A DNA stretch of 63,828 bases, the filler included, from Cercozoa sp. M6MM (lineage: Eukaryota > Protista > Endomyxa: Ascetosporea), in the NCBI GenBank assembly GCA_040357565.1. It is 12 parts of 12 records of this genome, joined end to end, with 100 filler letters (N's around TTAATTAATTAA, not from the genome) between each part and the next. Parts side by side here need not be neighbours in the genome. Positions count along the whole stretch, not along the records: positions 10,435 to 13,976 come from JBDODJ010001412.1; positions 14,077 to 16,905 come from JBDODJ010001691.1; positions 17,006 to 19,404 come from JBDODJ010001776.1; positions 19,505 to 31,128 come from JBDODJ010000396.1; 8 more parts are not named here. One strand, 5' to 3'. Shown one piece after another: positions 13,025-24,813 of this stretch. Positions within the stretch are counted from its first letter, which is position 1; each line of letters starts with the position of its first letter. Position numbers and translations under genes: made by a program. A model generated the notes under the pieces. It was not told the DNA's origin, made no database searches, and worked only from the letters and a program-made list of their open reading frames with translations.

Positions 13025-13905
13025 ATGACGTCACTCCGCCGAATCGCAGGGGTGGTTGCAAAAAAGGCATCACATTTTGCCGGCGTGTACAGTCACTGGT
13101 ACTTGAGGCATAATGTGCCAACCACTTAAAATTCATCATTACGGCACATACTTTAGGCTCACCGATGGCAACGGATGTTCGCATGACAATCCTCCGAAGG
13201 GTACCGTGAATTGCAGCGGTCACGCTCGGAACCACGCATGTTTGTGAGTTTGTGCTGCAGGTGCAGTGCAAACTCTTAATCTTTTTGGCTACGCCAATCA
13301 CTACGGCACTTTCGATCGACGGAGTGCCGCCTGGCTTCGGTTCGTATGGCTTTCATCAAAAACTGTAGCTGCCGACATCAAATTGTGCAGAAGGTGTCCA
13401 CTTGTCCACTCAAGCGAACAACGCGACGGCGAAATGCTTGATGTTAGATGCTTCGATGACTTCTATTCTGATATGGCAGGTACTGAATTATTTAGAAACA
13501 GTATCTCATTGAAATGCTTGTTGTTTGTGTTTTGTAGACTACTGGCGGCGCTTTCGGCTACCATATGTACTCCTGAACGAGGCAGTCGCATTGGCAGTAG
13601 CTCTGCGACTGCAAGGAACAAATTTTATGCACGCATTTCCGCTCTTTGATGGTACAGCTTATTGCATGTGTTGGCCACTATCTATGCACGTGTGTATTTG
13701 CTCATATTTAAGCTGTATCAGCAGACACGGGGACAAGTGTCGTGATGGCACATGTTCGTCGAGGCTCTCGTGGTGACACACAGGCACCAGAAAGGGTCTG
13801 CAGCTGTAATCTGTTCTCTTCTGACCCAGTCATGGCAACTACCGACCCTATATGATGCGATGCATGCACGTTCTCCGACACTCGAGCTCGTCTCAGGCGA
13901 GGCAA
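13025..13905 (+). CDS. Hypothetical multi-exon protein with basic presequence-like N-terminus; 3' truncated
   Basis: Continuous frame over about six GT-AG introns: MTSLRRIAGVVAKKASHFAGVYSHW|LTDG..|..DYWRRFRLPYVLLNEAVALAVAL.. Confidence 0.45.
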
Positions 13906-14076
13906 TCCGTTCGTACCGTTCAGTTAGTTAGTTGAGTCTTAAAGGGATGTTACAGACTGACTCAGCGTCAGATTATNNNNNNNNNNNNNNNNNNNNNNNN
14001 NNNNNNNNNNNNNNNNNNNNTTAATTAATTAANNNNNNNNNNNNNNNNNNNNNNNNNNNNNNNNNNNNNNNNNNNN

Positions 14077-16290
14077 GAGGAAGGGTTAAGGGCGCTAGGG
14101 GGTGGGGAGGCAAGCACCAGCACGCGCATGTAGGTCAACTCAGCGGCAATCTTTTGTCGCTTCCGTTTCAGGTCGCGTTTCTGCTTGCGCTGGGGGGGGG
14201 GGGTAAACTGGACGAGGGAGGGGGCAGAGTGTGTCCTAAAAATACGCTAGACGAGTCGGCGAAACTGCTTTCATCGGCGCGCATGAGCTGGTGCAGCATG
14301 TTGCCTGTTGGCAGGTCACACGTTGAGAAAAACTCCCACTAGCCAAATACAAATAAAAAACAACAACAACAACCCACCTGTCTGCTGGACAAGTTTGAGG
14401 TCTAAAGCGGCACCATTGGTTTCCAAATGAAGCGCCAACGACGGCGACTCGGCGTTGCGCCGAGGCATGCCCTGAATGAGCAAACAGGAAAATACGAAAT
14501 TGCACAGTAAGTTCAGCTAGTTAAGATACCACAGCACGCACGGGCATGGACAAAACAAAGCGCTCCACCGATCGCGAAACTGCACAGTACAACCATAATA
14601 CAACACTTGTCAGTTGGCGTGCTGCCCCCTTAACAAAAATACCTGACAACACGGCATCCCAAAAGAGTACTGGTGACTTGTCCAGCGAGCTCCTGTGTTG
14701 TGCACGCACGTACACATATACAAACGGGCGGTCTATCATTCGTCCAGAACAGGAAGGCTACCGGAGAGCCCAGTGCATGGGTGTGGTCGGTCGCGAAGCT
14801 GCCACAGCAAGTCGCGAAACAAGCGAGAACAGCATCAGTCGCGCGCAGAACACGGCGTCTTGATCCCAGCCGAGTCTGACTCACGCCAAAACAGTCAACA
14901 CGAAGAACACAGACAGACCACATAGAGTAAATTACACAACATCAACGGCCTCAAGCGACGCTGTCAGTAGTCGTTGCACTCGGTGCTGCGCAAACACGCA
15001 CATACACAATATCAAGACAACACCTCAAATGCTCCATTCAGAAGGGTACCTTTTCGCTGCTTTTGTCGCCTTGCGGTTGTAGAATGCCATGCAGGTGCAC
15101 TTGTAACAGGGCGTTGAGTGTCAGATCAAACGCCATCTTGTCCTGAGCCGGACTGAGCTCAACCTCGGATGCGACCTGAGTCGTCAAATGACCCAAAATC
15201 CACTTCTGCCAACCGTCGTACTGCAGGAACTGTGATGCCACATGGGCGGTATTCGTCTCCGTAAGCGCCGGGAATAACTGCCATTCAGTCGAAAAAAGCA
15301 AAAATAACTCAGCAGCCACACCCTTTTGAAGCACAAAAAGCAAGCTACGTAGTCAGTCAGCAGGCAGAACCACTGAGCGCTCGAGCAACCCCGGAAAGTC
15401 CGGAACAATGGCAGAAGCTGGGTGGTTGACACAGAAAAATATAAACAGAAGCAAACTGAACAGGCGGCAGTCAAACGAGAAGAACACACCTCGCGGCAGC
15501 CGTCTTGCAGTCGCAGTGCGTCCAAAATCTCGCGCTCTGGTGCCGAGAGCAGTGCGCCGCGTTGCGACAGCACCGAATTTCTACAAGCACAGCACACGCA
15601 CATCAGGAAAGGATGCCAAGTGATCCGAAAGATAAGCGTTAAAGCCGTACCGCATGGTATCTACAGGTTCTCTCAGGAGGTGGTTTAAATCAAAGGTGGC
15701 GTGTGACCACGTACGTTCGGAAGAAGTGACGACACAAGAATAACTCTCGAGGCCGGCGCAGAAAAACAAACAGGCAGCACAACGCCGGTGACACCCACCA
15801 GACCCCACAAAGTGCCTAGTGCACTGCAATCTACCCTGATAGTGTGTGGTTCTTTCGGTTCTCTGTAGCGAGATGTCTGAAAGCTCGTCGAAAACCGGTG
15901 CTGACCCACAGAACACCACGTGACTACTTTTTGCTCTTGCATGTGGCCAAACGACCCCTTCCTGTTATGATCGCACCTTTCGTTCAGTCTGATACAACAT
16001 ACTTTACTCTAGCGGCATCAAAATAGCGGCAAAACTAGGCACTAGCCTGGCCAGAAATGCGATTGCAAAGTAAGCAATCACTGATCGTCAGAACGATCGG
16101 TTGAAAAACGCAAACGGTCGCGTTGGCTGTACTGTGGTTGCAGCTGCTGACGTAAAACCTCCCGACTGCCGACACGTTTGCCGAAAGAAGGGAAACGTCC
16201 CGTGGCGCGTGCTGTGGTGTAGAGCTGAGAGTGCGACAGCATTGGCGGGTGACGGTGCGTGAGACACCGTGGACCCGTGATCACTCCAAA
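14077..16290 (-). CDS. Hypothetical helical (ARM/HEAT-like) multi-exon protein fragment; boundaries approximate
   Basis: Leu-rich exons such as GVAAELFLLFSTEWQLFPAL..QYDGWQKWILGHL..FDLTLNALLQVHL, flanked by AG/GT. Confidence 0.35.
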
Positions 16291-16560
16291 TTCAGAAACT
16301 GCCTTTCATTTTGCTTCGCTTTTGTTCTTTTACGACGCTGGACGACAGCATGAAACTACAGTACATTCAGCTCTGAGGATGGATGATATATTGTACGCCC
16401 AAAAGCTTTAAGCGCGAGAAGTTTTAGCAAAAGTTATTCAGTTTTTCCCATACTGAACAAGAAGCAGAGCTTCACTAGTCAGACGCGACGGCTCAGACGG
16501 TTCATTAGAATGAGATCAGGTTGTCAGGTGGTCAGGCGACTCGGGCCGCACTGAGGCAGC

Positions 16561-16860
16561 TCAGAGCGCGTCGGTGCGCCAGAGGCGCGTGAGATGTGCT
16601 CGCTTGTTCTCGATGAGGCCAGCCACGCGGCCCGAGGTCCACACACGCACCAGCTCGGCCACGCGGCGGTGCTCCAGGTGCAGCGGCGCGCCGCGTCGCA
16701 GTGCCTGTATACACACAGTCTCAATATAACTATCAAGATAAATATAAATATAAATAAATATAAATATTAAAAAAATAAATATATAAATAGATATAGACGA
16801 TACCGGATCAGGTTCGCCATGTGCATCGACGTAAATGGCGTCGCCGTCTGCTGCCACTCT
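16561..16860 (-). CDS. 3' end of an unidentified gene (two exons)
   Basis: VAADGDAIYVDAHGEPDP|ALRRGAPLHLEHRRVAELVRVW..TDAL*. GC-rich exons around an AT-rich GT-AG intron. Confidence 0.45.
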   Translation of the reverse strand, partial: RVAADGDAIYVDAHGEPDPVSSISIYIFIFLIFIFIYIYIYLDSYIETVCIQALRRGAPLHLEHRRVAELVRVWTSGRVAGLIENKRAHLTRLWRTDAL

Positions 16861-17005
16861 GCGCGGGGGGGGGGTAAAAGGGTGGCGGGGGGAGGGGTAA
16901 AACTANNNNNNNNNNNNNNNNNNNNNNNNNNNNNNNNNNNNNNNNNNNNTTAATTAATTAANNNNNNNNNNNNNNNNNNNNNNNNNNNNNNNNNNNNNNN
17001 NNNNN

Positions 17006-19404
17006 GTGGGGGGGGGGGTACAACTCGGGGCGCCCGCAGTAGCATGGCCACAGGCATGGAGACCTACAACGGAGGGTAAGTAAAGAGGGGGTAAAGAGGG
17101 GGGTAAAGAGGGGGTAAGCAGGGGTAAAGAGGGGAGTAAAGAGGGGGGAGGGGTAAAGAGGGGGTAAAGACGGGTATAGAGGGAGGTAAAGAGGGGGGTA
17201 AAACCAAAGCAGAGACGCGCACACGCAGCAGTTCGACCTGCTGCTCCAGCGCTCGGTCGACCCGGTCCAGTCGGTGTCGCATCGTGTCGGTCCGTCTGTA
17301 GCCAGATTTTGTAGCCACGTATTTTTGTAGCCATACTTTGTAGCCATGTGAGGTACGAAAACGACAGTGTCGGCAAGACGGCTGCGTCCAGTCCTGTCGG
17401 GGGGGGGGGGGGGTAAATGGGGGGTAACAAATGGGGGGGAGGGTAAATGGGGGGTAAAAGGGGTAGCGGAAGTAAATCAGGCTACCATGATCGCACAGCG
17501 GCACACAAGCCTCGCCCACATTGCTGATACACATGGACACATACACCAGGGTACCCATACATGCGGTACATTTGGACACACACACACATAGACAGGACAA
17601 AATAACTGGCTACATTAAGGGAGCGGCAATGTCGCGCTCCAGCAAGAAATGCTCCAACTCACTGTGCAATGCAGGGGGGGGGGGGGGGGGTAAGGGGGTA
17701 AAGGGGTAAAAGTAAGGTAATGTCATACTTGGCACAATCGACACGACGCAGCATCTCGAGTGCCTGCGCAATAAACTCCCTTAAACGTAAACAATGAGGC
17801 AACCTTAAACATCGGCTCTCGTCCCCTTAATAACCCTGTCACCCCTTTAGTTAAGGACAGAAAATTACACTGACAATGTCGTTGAAGTGCGCGCAGTTGT
17901 CGCACTCGGAACCCTCTCGTTCTGAGGGTGGTCACACACACACAGCCCAGTTGACACGTGTTGATCCCACTAGTCGACACGTGTTGACCCCAGTCACCAG
18001 TTGACACGTGGTCACTAGCAGACACGTGCACTGTGGTACCTTGCACTGTCTCATCGAGCACATGCATCGCCAGTCCACGCAGCGCTGGCTACATGGGTAC
18101 ACTTGTACATTTGTACAAGTATATTTGTACAAGTGGACAGGTACACTTGTACAGTACACTTGTACAGTACACTTGTGCGGCACACTTGTACAGTGGTACC
18201 TCATCGGCCCGCTGACAGGCTGCTGCGGCGTGCTTGCGCACTCGCTCATCCTGCACCGCGGGTAAAGGGGGTTAAAGGGGGGTAAAGGGGGTTAAAGGGG
18301 GCAAAGGGGGTTAAAGGGGGATAAAGGGGGTTAAAAAGCTAAAGGGGTAAAATGTGTAAAGGGTTAAGTACCAAACTCTTCATCGCCTGTGTCGCCTTTG
18401 TAAAGTGTTGCGTCCTACGTAAACATCGACATACATACATACATACGTACATCTATACATACATACACATACATACACACACATATACATACATACATAC
18501 ATACATACATACATACATACATACATACATACATACATACATACATACATACATACATACATACATACATACATACAGACATACATACATACATACATAC
18601 ATACACACACAAGCATACATAAAACATGGGGGGTGCAAGCACAATTTTCGATGTCGTCGAACGACGCATTTCGACGCTGCTGCTTCCCATCGCTCCTGCT
18701 CCGAGAAGGGGTAAGGGGCAAATGGGATAAAGAGGGATTAAAGAGAGCAAAGAGGGGCAAAGAAGGGGGTAAGGTAAAGGCACCTCGGCAGCACTGCGCG
18801 CGCAGGGCATCACCGACAGTCCGTTGCCTTCTTGCGACTACACACACACGTCCGCGCGGACACAAGTGGTCCCACATAATAAACGGTTCGGAAGAAACGC
18901 ACCAACGCAAAACGATCGCTGCAGAAATCTCGAATTTCCGCCGCGCGGCGCTCCACGACGTCCAGCAGCGACGCTGTCGCAGACACCAGATTTTTGCCCA
19001 AATGGCGAGGGGGTAAAACGGGTCAAAATGGTAAAAGAGTAGACAAGGAGGGGAAGAGGGGGTAAAGAAGGGTAAAGGAGGGCATAGAGGGGTTCAAAAG
19101 GGGGTAAAGAGGAGGGCAAAGAGGGGGGTTCAAGAGGAAGGTAAAGAGGGGGTAAAGAGGGTGGTGCAGAGGGAAAGGGGGGTAAAGAGGGGTAAAGAGG
19201 GGGGTAAAGCGGGAGGTACACGAGCCCACGAGGCTAGCGACCTGCAAGACGTAGTCGACGGCATTGACAGGAACCACCGCATCCGCGCGGACGTTCAGAA
19301 CGCGCAGGTGCGCGCGAAGCGGCGGTTCGAACGAGCGCAGCGAACACAGCGCTCCGACGGCCGCCTCGGCGCAGCTCACCGTGTCAACACCGTCAGTGAC
19401 GGTG
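17006..19404 (-). CDS. Internal fragment of an unidentified protein; many short exons separated by repeat-expanded introns
   Basis: A phase-consistent chain can be built (SLLDVVERRAAEIRDFCSDRFAL|..|DERVRKHAAAACQRADE|PALRGLAMHVLDETVQ|..|RHRLDRVDRALEQQVELLR). No family recognised. Confidence 0.45.
18428..18620. repeat. (TACA)n microsatellite, intronic; similar tract at 63740-63828
   Basis: Directly visible. Confidence 0.95.
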
Positions 19405-19633
19405 NNNNNNNNNNNNNNNNNNNNNNNNNNNNNNNNNNNNNNNNNNNNTTAATTAATTAANNNNNNNNNNNNNNNNNNNNNNNNNNNNNNNNNNNNNNNN
19501 NNNNTACACATATACACCATACATATATATATATATATCAAAACATATATATACGTATGGATGTGTATATATGTTTTGATATATATATATATATGTATGG
19601 TGTATATGTGTATCTGTGTGTGTGTGTACGCAG

Positions 19634-20050
19634 AGACAGTCTGCTCGGCGCCATCCAGGGCGGTGTGCAGCTGCGCAAGGCGACTCAGCGCAAGGTGCAT
19701 ACACTTGTTGCCCCCTCCCCGTTCCCTTACCTTACCCCTACCCCCTGTGCGCAGACTGAGCCGCGTCGACAGATGATGCCGCGCGATGCGCTGCTGGCCG
19801 CCATTCGAGGACCCAAGTACGCTGTTTTGGAGAGTTAGATCAGTGGAGGGGTGAGGGTATGGTGCGTGTGTGTAGGGTGCTTCTGCGCGAGATCGATCGG
19901 TCGGAACTGGAGGCGCGACAGCGACCGGCCACGGGACCGTGTACAATCTCGGACCAGATCAAGGCGCTCATGGACCAGCGACGCGACGTGCTCGACGACG
20001 ATAGTGATGACTCCGACAGCGAGTGGAGTGACGCCGACGACTCCGACTGA
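19634..20050 (+). CDS. WASP/SCAR-family nucleation-promoting factor C-terminus (WH2-WH2-central-acidic); 5' truncated
   Basis: RDSLLGAIQGGVQLRKA (WH2), RDALLAAIRGPKVLLREI (WH2), ISDQIKALMDQRR (central) and DDDSDDSDSEWSD (acidic with Trp). Two GT-AG introns. Confidence 0.85.
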
Positions 20051-20719
20051 GAGAGATATATGTATATATCGATCGGGCAGTTCAATTCTGTTCCGGCATA
20101 GCGTAGTGTTTCTCGATTATCTAATTACTCATCAGCAAACACTCAAATCTTAACCAATTTGGTAGAGGTAGGATTGTGTTTTCGTTTGCTAGCGTTCCTG
20201 CACATACTGAGGCTTCTAATTTGCGTAGTCAAGTGTTGTGCCGTGCAGACCTGACTTCCTAGCTCGGGCCAAGCTTCCTACAGCTCACATACTGTACCAT
20301 TGTATTAACATGACCGGAGCCAGCTAATTAGTTGAGTCAAGCTGATAAGAAACCCAACGCATCTAGTACGTATACTACTGCACAATTTCTGTACAGTAAG
20401 TGCTTGTAGCTCCTCTCCACCGGATCTAGTAGGGTGGGTACAGTCAAGCCGGAGGCTCAGCTACAGACTAGTGCTGACTGAATAGCGGCAGCTACCTTGA
20501 ACTGAAGAAGCTGAACTTTAAACTTCCAAAACTACACTAAGACTCCTACGTTCGCGAATGCTCTGTAGTAAAAGCGAAATGGGAACGTTTTACTGTTAAT
20601 TTACGTCCGAGCGGACGTTTTTAAACCAGGATGGACAGTCATGCCAGGTCAATCATTTGTCCTTGCCTTGCAAAAGTTACGGTGATCTGGGTGAACGTTT
20701 GCATTACACTTTGAGTACA

Positions 20720-21918
20720 ATGCGTCTTCTCCGTGTCCGCTGCTCTGCACGCAATGTTGGCAGCTTGTCTCGAAAGCTGGGCGATGCTTTTGCAGAAGAG
20801 TTGCAGTTGGAGGCCGAGAAGAATGGCGTGCAGCTCCAAGTGACTGTAAGATAAGTTGCCAGTACTACTGTACACTATGTCGTGCAGTGATCGACCCAAC
20901 CTACTTTGCAGGAACGCGAGGTAGGACTCACGCCGCTTCCGCATCTGGCACAAGGCTTCACAGAAACCGGCCTGTAATATAATTCAACATAAATTTCCTT
21001 CGAGAGTGTACTGTCACTGTTTTGATGAAAGCATGTCCTAGGGCACTGCCCTCTGCGATGCCAATTTCAGGCGAACTAACGGAAGAACTGAAGAAAGCCA
21101 ATGTTGTTGTGATTGAGTCACCGGTGCACAACTTTAATGTGACGTACGTTCGTCTATCACCGTAGATGTGGTGCTTGTTGAGTTCTTACATAACGCAACT
21201 GAATGCAATCAATGCAGTGCAACTCTCAAGTTGTGGTACGACCTTACTCTCACGGCAGGAGCAATGCTGTCTTTTCAATTCCAACTGAACTGCCGTTGTT
21301 TAGTGCTATCACAAACAGGGAATGCTTTCGAGTACACCGAAACTGGGCCTCATGGTTTGTTGGGAGACAAGAAGTTCGTCTTACTCCAAGGATCTGGAGG
21401 TATTGTACCAAAAAGGGATGTTATAAAACTCAACGAGATACTGCCCTGTAAAACAGGAACGGACGTGTCCTCCCCGATCAACTTTCTGTCGCAGCATTTT
21501 GACTTCTTGGAGTGTTTAATTTCTATATGTAGAGCTTACTGAATATTACTTCGGCTTGCACATTTCTGTGCATACAGTAGTACGACTCGTGCACTGTAAT
21601 TTAGATTGGCAAATTCTGCGGCGCACAAATCGCAGGAAAAATTGGCATGAGGTATTGAAGTTATGTACCAGTTTCCAGTTTTAACTTTCAGTACCTCGAC
21701 GCGGCAACTGTTATGGCATGTTTTATGCAGTGGACGCAGCGGCGAAGAGGGGTTTACCAAGGTACTGCAGCTCGCAACTCCACTTTAATTAATAAACTAC
21801 AGTGTGGGAGTACTGTAATGTACGTACTCCCACTTACCGGTACATTGACTGTATACAGGCGAAAGAGCAATTTGGCGAAGTTATTGCTGCGATCTTCACC
21901 GAGACTGTGAATGAATGA
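20720..21918 (+). CDS. azoR: FMN-dependent NADH-azoreductase (AzoR/AcpD, flavodoxin-2 fold), about 200 aa, 8 introns
   Basis: Spliced product MRLLRVRCSARNVGSLSRKLGDAF..PLPHL..ELTEELKKANVVVIESPVHNFNVTATLKLWYDLTLTAGNAFEYTETGPHGLLGDKKFVLLQGSGG..AKEQFGEVIAAIF matches AzoR motifs (PMYNF, LKAWxD, AGxTFxYTExGPxGLL). Confidence 0.85.
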
Positions 21919-22249
21919 TGCCAGCTGCCACGCATGACATTTGCCTCAACTAAACACAATAAAGTCACCGCAGGTCCTGACTGAGTATTGGCAGGGTACT
22001 GTACTTCAGTTAGTTAGTAGTGTCTGAACGGGACTAACAACTGCGTCAGCTCCCCTGCACCAGTCTTGGGCGGTCGAAAGTGCACGGCCAGCGCATCTGG
22101 ATGTGCATATCGTCGAGGAGGAGGCTGCAGATGGCGCTTGTGGGGTGCTACCGTTGACTTCGTTTTCTATAGATTCTGACTGACCATGAGAGGGGTAGGG
22201 TGGGAAAAAGGGGTAAAAGGGGGAAGGGTAAAGGGGGAGTAGTTCCTTT

Positions 22250-22470
22250 CCAGTTGCGTGTTGGACAGTGTGACGATTGGACCCTCTTTATGCAGTTTGT
22301 CAGAGAATCCCCCGATGTCTAGGCTGATCACCGTCATATATTCACCTGCCTCTAGCCATCTCTATTTGGTCCTACTGGTTCATTTGTTGGGATACTCTCT
22401 CGTTCATGAGTTGGGTCGTTGGGACCCTGCCTTAGAGCTAGATTTGCCAGCTGAGGTAGCACCATCGTAG
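22250..22470 (-). mobile_element. Possible degenerate non-LTR reverse transcriptase remnant
   Basis: Minus frame gives WLEAGEYMTVISLDIGGFSDKL, similar to the RT motif xxxSLDIxxAFD. Stops upstream, no introns, intergenic. Confidence 0.25.
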
Positions 22471-22711
22471 CACGTGTTTCCCAGCCTTCGGAAAGCAGTA
22501 GAAAGAAACACAGCGCCCGCCAATCCGGGACATACCCAGCACGGCAGTAATTTGTTCTAACTAAAAACTATTAATATTAATGGTACTACCTACAACTGTA
22601 CGAAATTAGGAAGTTGAATGAAGACAATTCGGATCGAATGCGCGCCGGCCTATCGGCAGTGCACGCACACACACGCAGCCGCCCGTAACGCCAGGTCAGC
22701 CGTGCCCAAGC

Positions 22712-23513
22712 TTAGACATCGGCGAGGTTCATGAACTTCTTCTTGGAGAACTGGAACCAGTGCTTGTTCTGCGTGCCGTCGTCGTTGTACAGCTTGTCGA
22801 GGATGCGGTGCGCGGCCTCCTCGCGCAGCTGCTTGATGTAGCCGCGGATCAGGTCGCTCTCGGCACGGTCGGCCGGGTCGGCAAAGAAGCCGCCGAAGGC
22901 AAAGCCGGCGTCGCCGGGAATTTTGAAGTTCTACAACACAACACACACACACTCACATACAGTGCAAACACTCATACACACAGCGGTGTGGAATGACAAC
23001 AGCGCACCTTCTTGGCAAACACGAACACGGACTGCTCAGCCTCCTGCTTGGTCTTGTGACGCTTCACGTGTCGCACCACGTCGGCCAGGTAGGCCGTGAG
23101 GTAGGCGATCGTGCGGTCGGCCGGGCCCTCGAGCTCAAAGTTGCGGAACAGAATGTTCACGCGGAAGTATCGGATGGCCTCGTCGACAATGTCGGTCTCG
23201 GCCATGCACGGCGGCGCCGGGCCCTTTACCTTGGTGCGCGTCGTGTTGAGCGGCAGGATCGGCACGTTGCAGGCCAGCTGCACGTTCTGCTCCTGGTTGA
23301 ACTCGGAGTGGATAGCCTGCACACAAAACTCCATTTTCCCTGGTTATTTTGATGATGGAGTAACAAGCACAAATACTCTCAAAGCCAAACCACACAGCAG
23401 ACACGATGTTAAAATCCTTCAGCAACATGCAACGCACGGCAAAAGTGCCGATCACTGCCTCATCCAAAAGGCCAGAAAAAGCAACAACCAAGTTCTGGCT
23501 AACTTACGGGCAT
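22712..23513 (-). CDS. ARPC3: Arp2/3 complex subunit 3 (p21-Arc)
   Basis: MP|AIHSEFN..PILPL..KGPAP..DIVDEAIRYFRVNILFRNFELEGPADRTIAYLT..|NFKIPGDAGF..KHWFQFSKKKFMN. 6-nt first coding exon; two GT-AG introns. Confidence 0.95.
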
Positions 23514-23659
23514 TGTGACGGTATTTCGGTACTGCACACGCGATGGACGACGCTGCTATGACCAAATGACGGAAAGCCAGTGTGTCGTGCGCACGTGTGC
23601 CGTCCACTTCAGCATTCACAACGTATTAAGGTTGCGTTTCGAATCAAGAAGCAACGAGC

Positions 23660-24303
23660 ATGTCTCAGTCTGAGCACGGTATGCGTGTGTGTACTAAGGG
23701 TAATATCGAATGAGCGTTGATTTAGGTCAATCGCCGCCAAGTGGTGCGTTGCAATCTCTGGAGACAAAAGCAAAGACAAAATCTGTCCGGTTTGTGCAGA
23801 GGCGCTGGAGGCGCCACAGAAGCAGTCGAGCGGTTTGACACGCAGCAGAAGTATTTTAGGCGATATCACGCGCGAACAGTCTGTTATACAAGTGTAAATT
23901 GAGGCCACTTGAGATGAGATCGCCTGTTTGATATATTGTGTGTCTGTGTTGTTTGGTCAGTTCGCCTGTGGGCAGCAAGCGACCACGCCCACGGACAGAA
24001 AAAACACGAAGTTTGCAAACGAAAGCGCCAGCGCTCGAAAGCAAACAGCAGAAGGAAGATGCGGCAGAAGTCGAGCAGACACAGGAGTCGTTCAAGAGTT
24101 AGTTTGCGTGTGCTGCTTCGTGTGTATTTGTTTCGAACTGGCCTGTGTGTAGACTTTGTGCCAGACTTAAACTTGCCGCCAGTGGACATCATTATCAGTC
24201 GAACGCGACCACGAACGCCGCCGAAAATAGAGGCGGCCGACCTGCAGGTGGCACAGACAGCTCGCACACTCGTGACACCGTACACTGTTCCCTCCCATAT
24301 AGT

Positions 24304-24334
<31 letters not shown>

Positions 24335-24678
24335 ATGTACATATGTACACGTATCCGGACCTTGTCGTAGTGAGTCGGAACAAGTGCACGAAGGCAAAAA
24401 AAGAAAGATGCAACCGTCGCAGAAAGATGAAGAAGACAGGATGTGTCTGGATGCGACGCTGTCAACGACGCTGTCGAGTGCCGTCTGTGTCTCTGACGTC
24501 TCGCACGACATGGATGCCACGCTTTTTGGCGATCAGGTCGGCACCGATTTGCAGGTGCGCTGTCACTTGTCTCTTTGTTCCCCTTGCTATCTCGATGCTT
24601 TGACCTCTAACGCCTTTTTGTTGTTCTGCGCAGAGTCTGCTGGCCGAACTGGAGCAGGATGAGGAGGAACAGAGTTGA
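23660..24678 (+). CDS. Hypothetical multi-exon protein
   Basis: Exons with GT-AG borders (..KICPVCAEALE.., DFVPDLNLPPVDII.., ..DQVGTDLQ|SLLAELEQDEEEQS*). Confidence 0.35.
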
Positions 24679-24813
24679 GCTTCCGTTTTGTTCACTTTCG
24701 TTTCGTTTCTCCATCAGCAGGAAGCGTTTTATAGTTACTGTACTCCTTGAGCTAGCTTAGCCGGTTCAGTTCAGTTGCAGTTCAGTCAGTTGCAGTTTCG
24801 ACAGCTGCTTCAG

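Noticed and set aside
17020-17065. GLHACG methyltransferase motif
   Set aside because: The phase-consistent splice uses another frame (VSMPVAMLLRAPE), and no other methyltransferase motifs were seen.
23317-23334. 15-nt GA-AG micro-intron after an ATG in ARPC3
   Set aside because: A canonical upstream exon ATGCCC|GTAAGT at 23513-23508 gives the conserved MPAxHS start.
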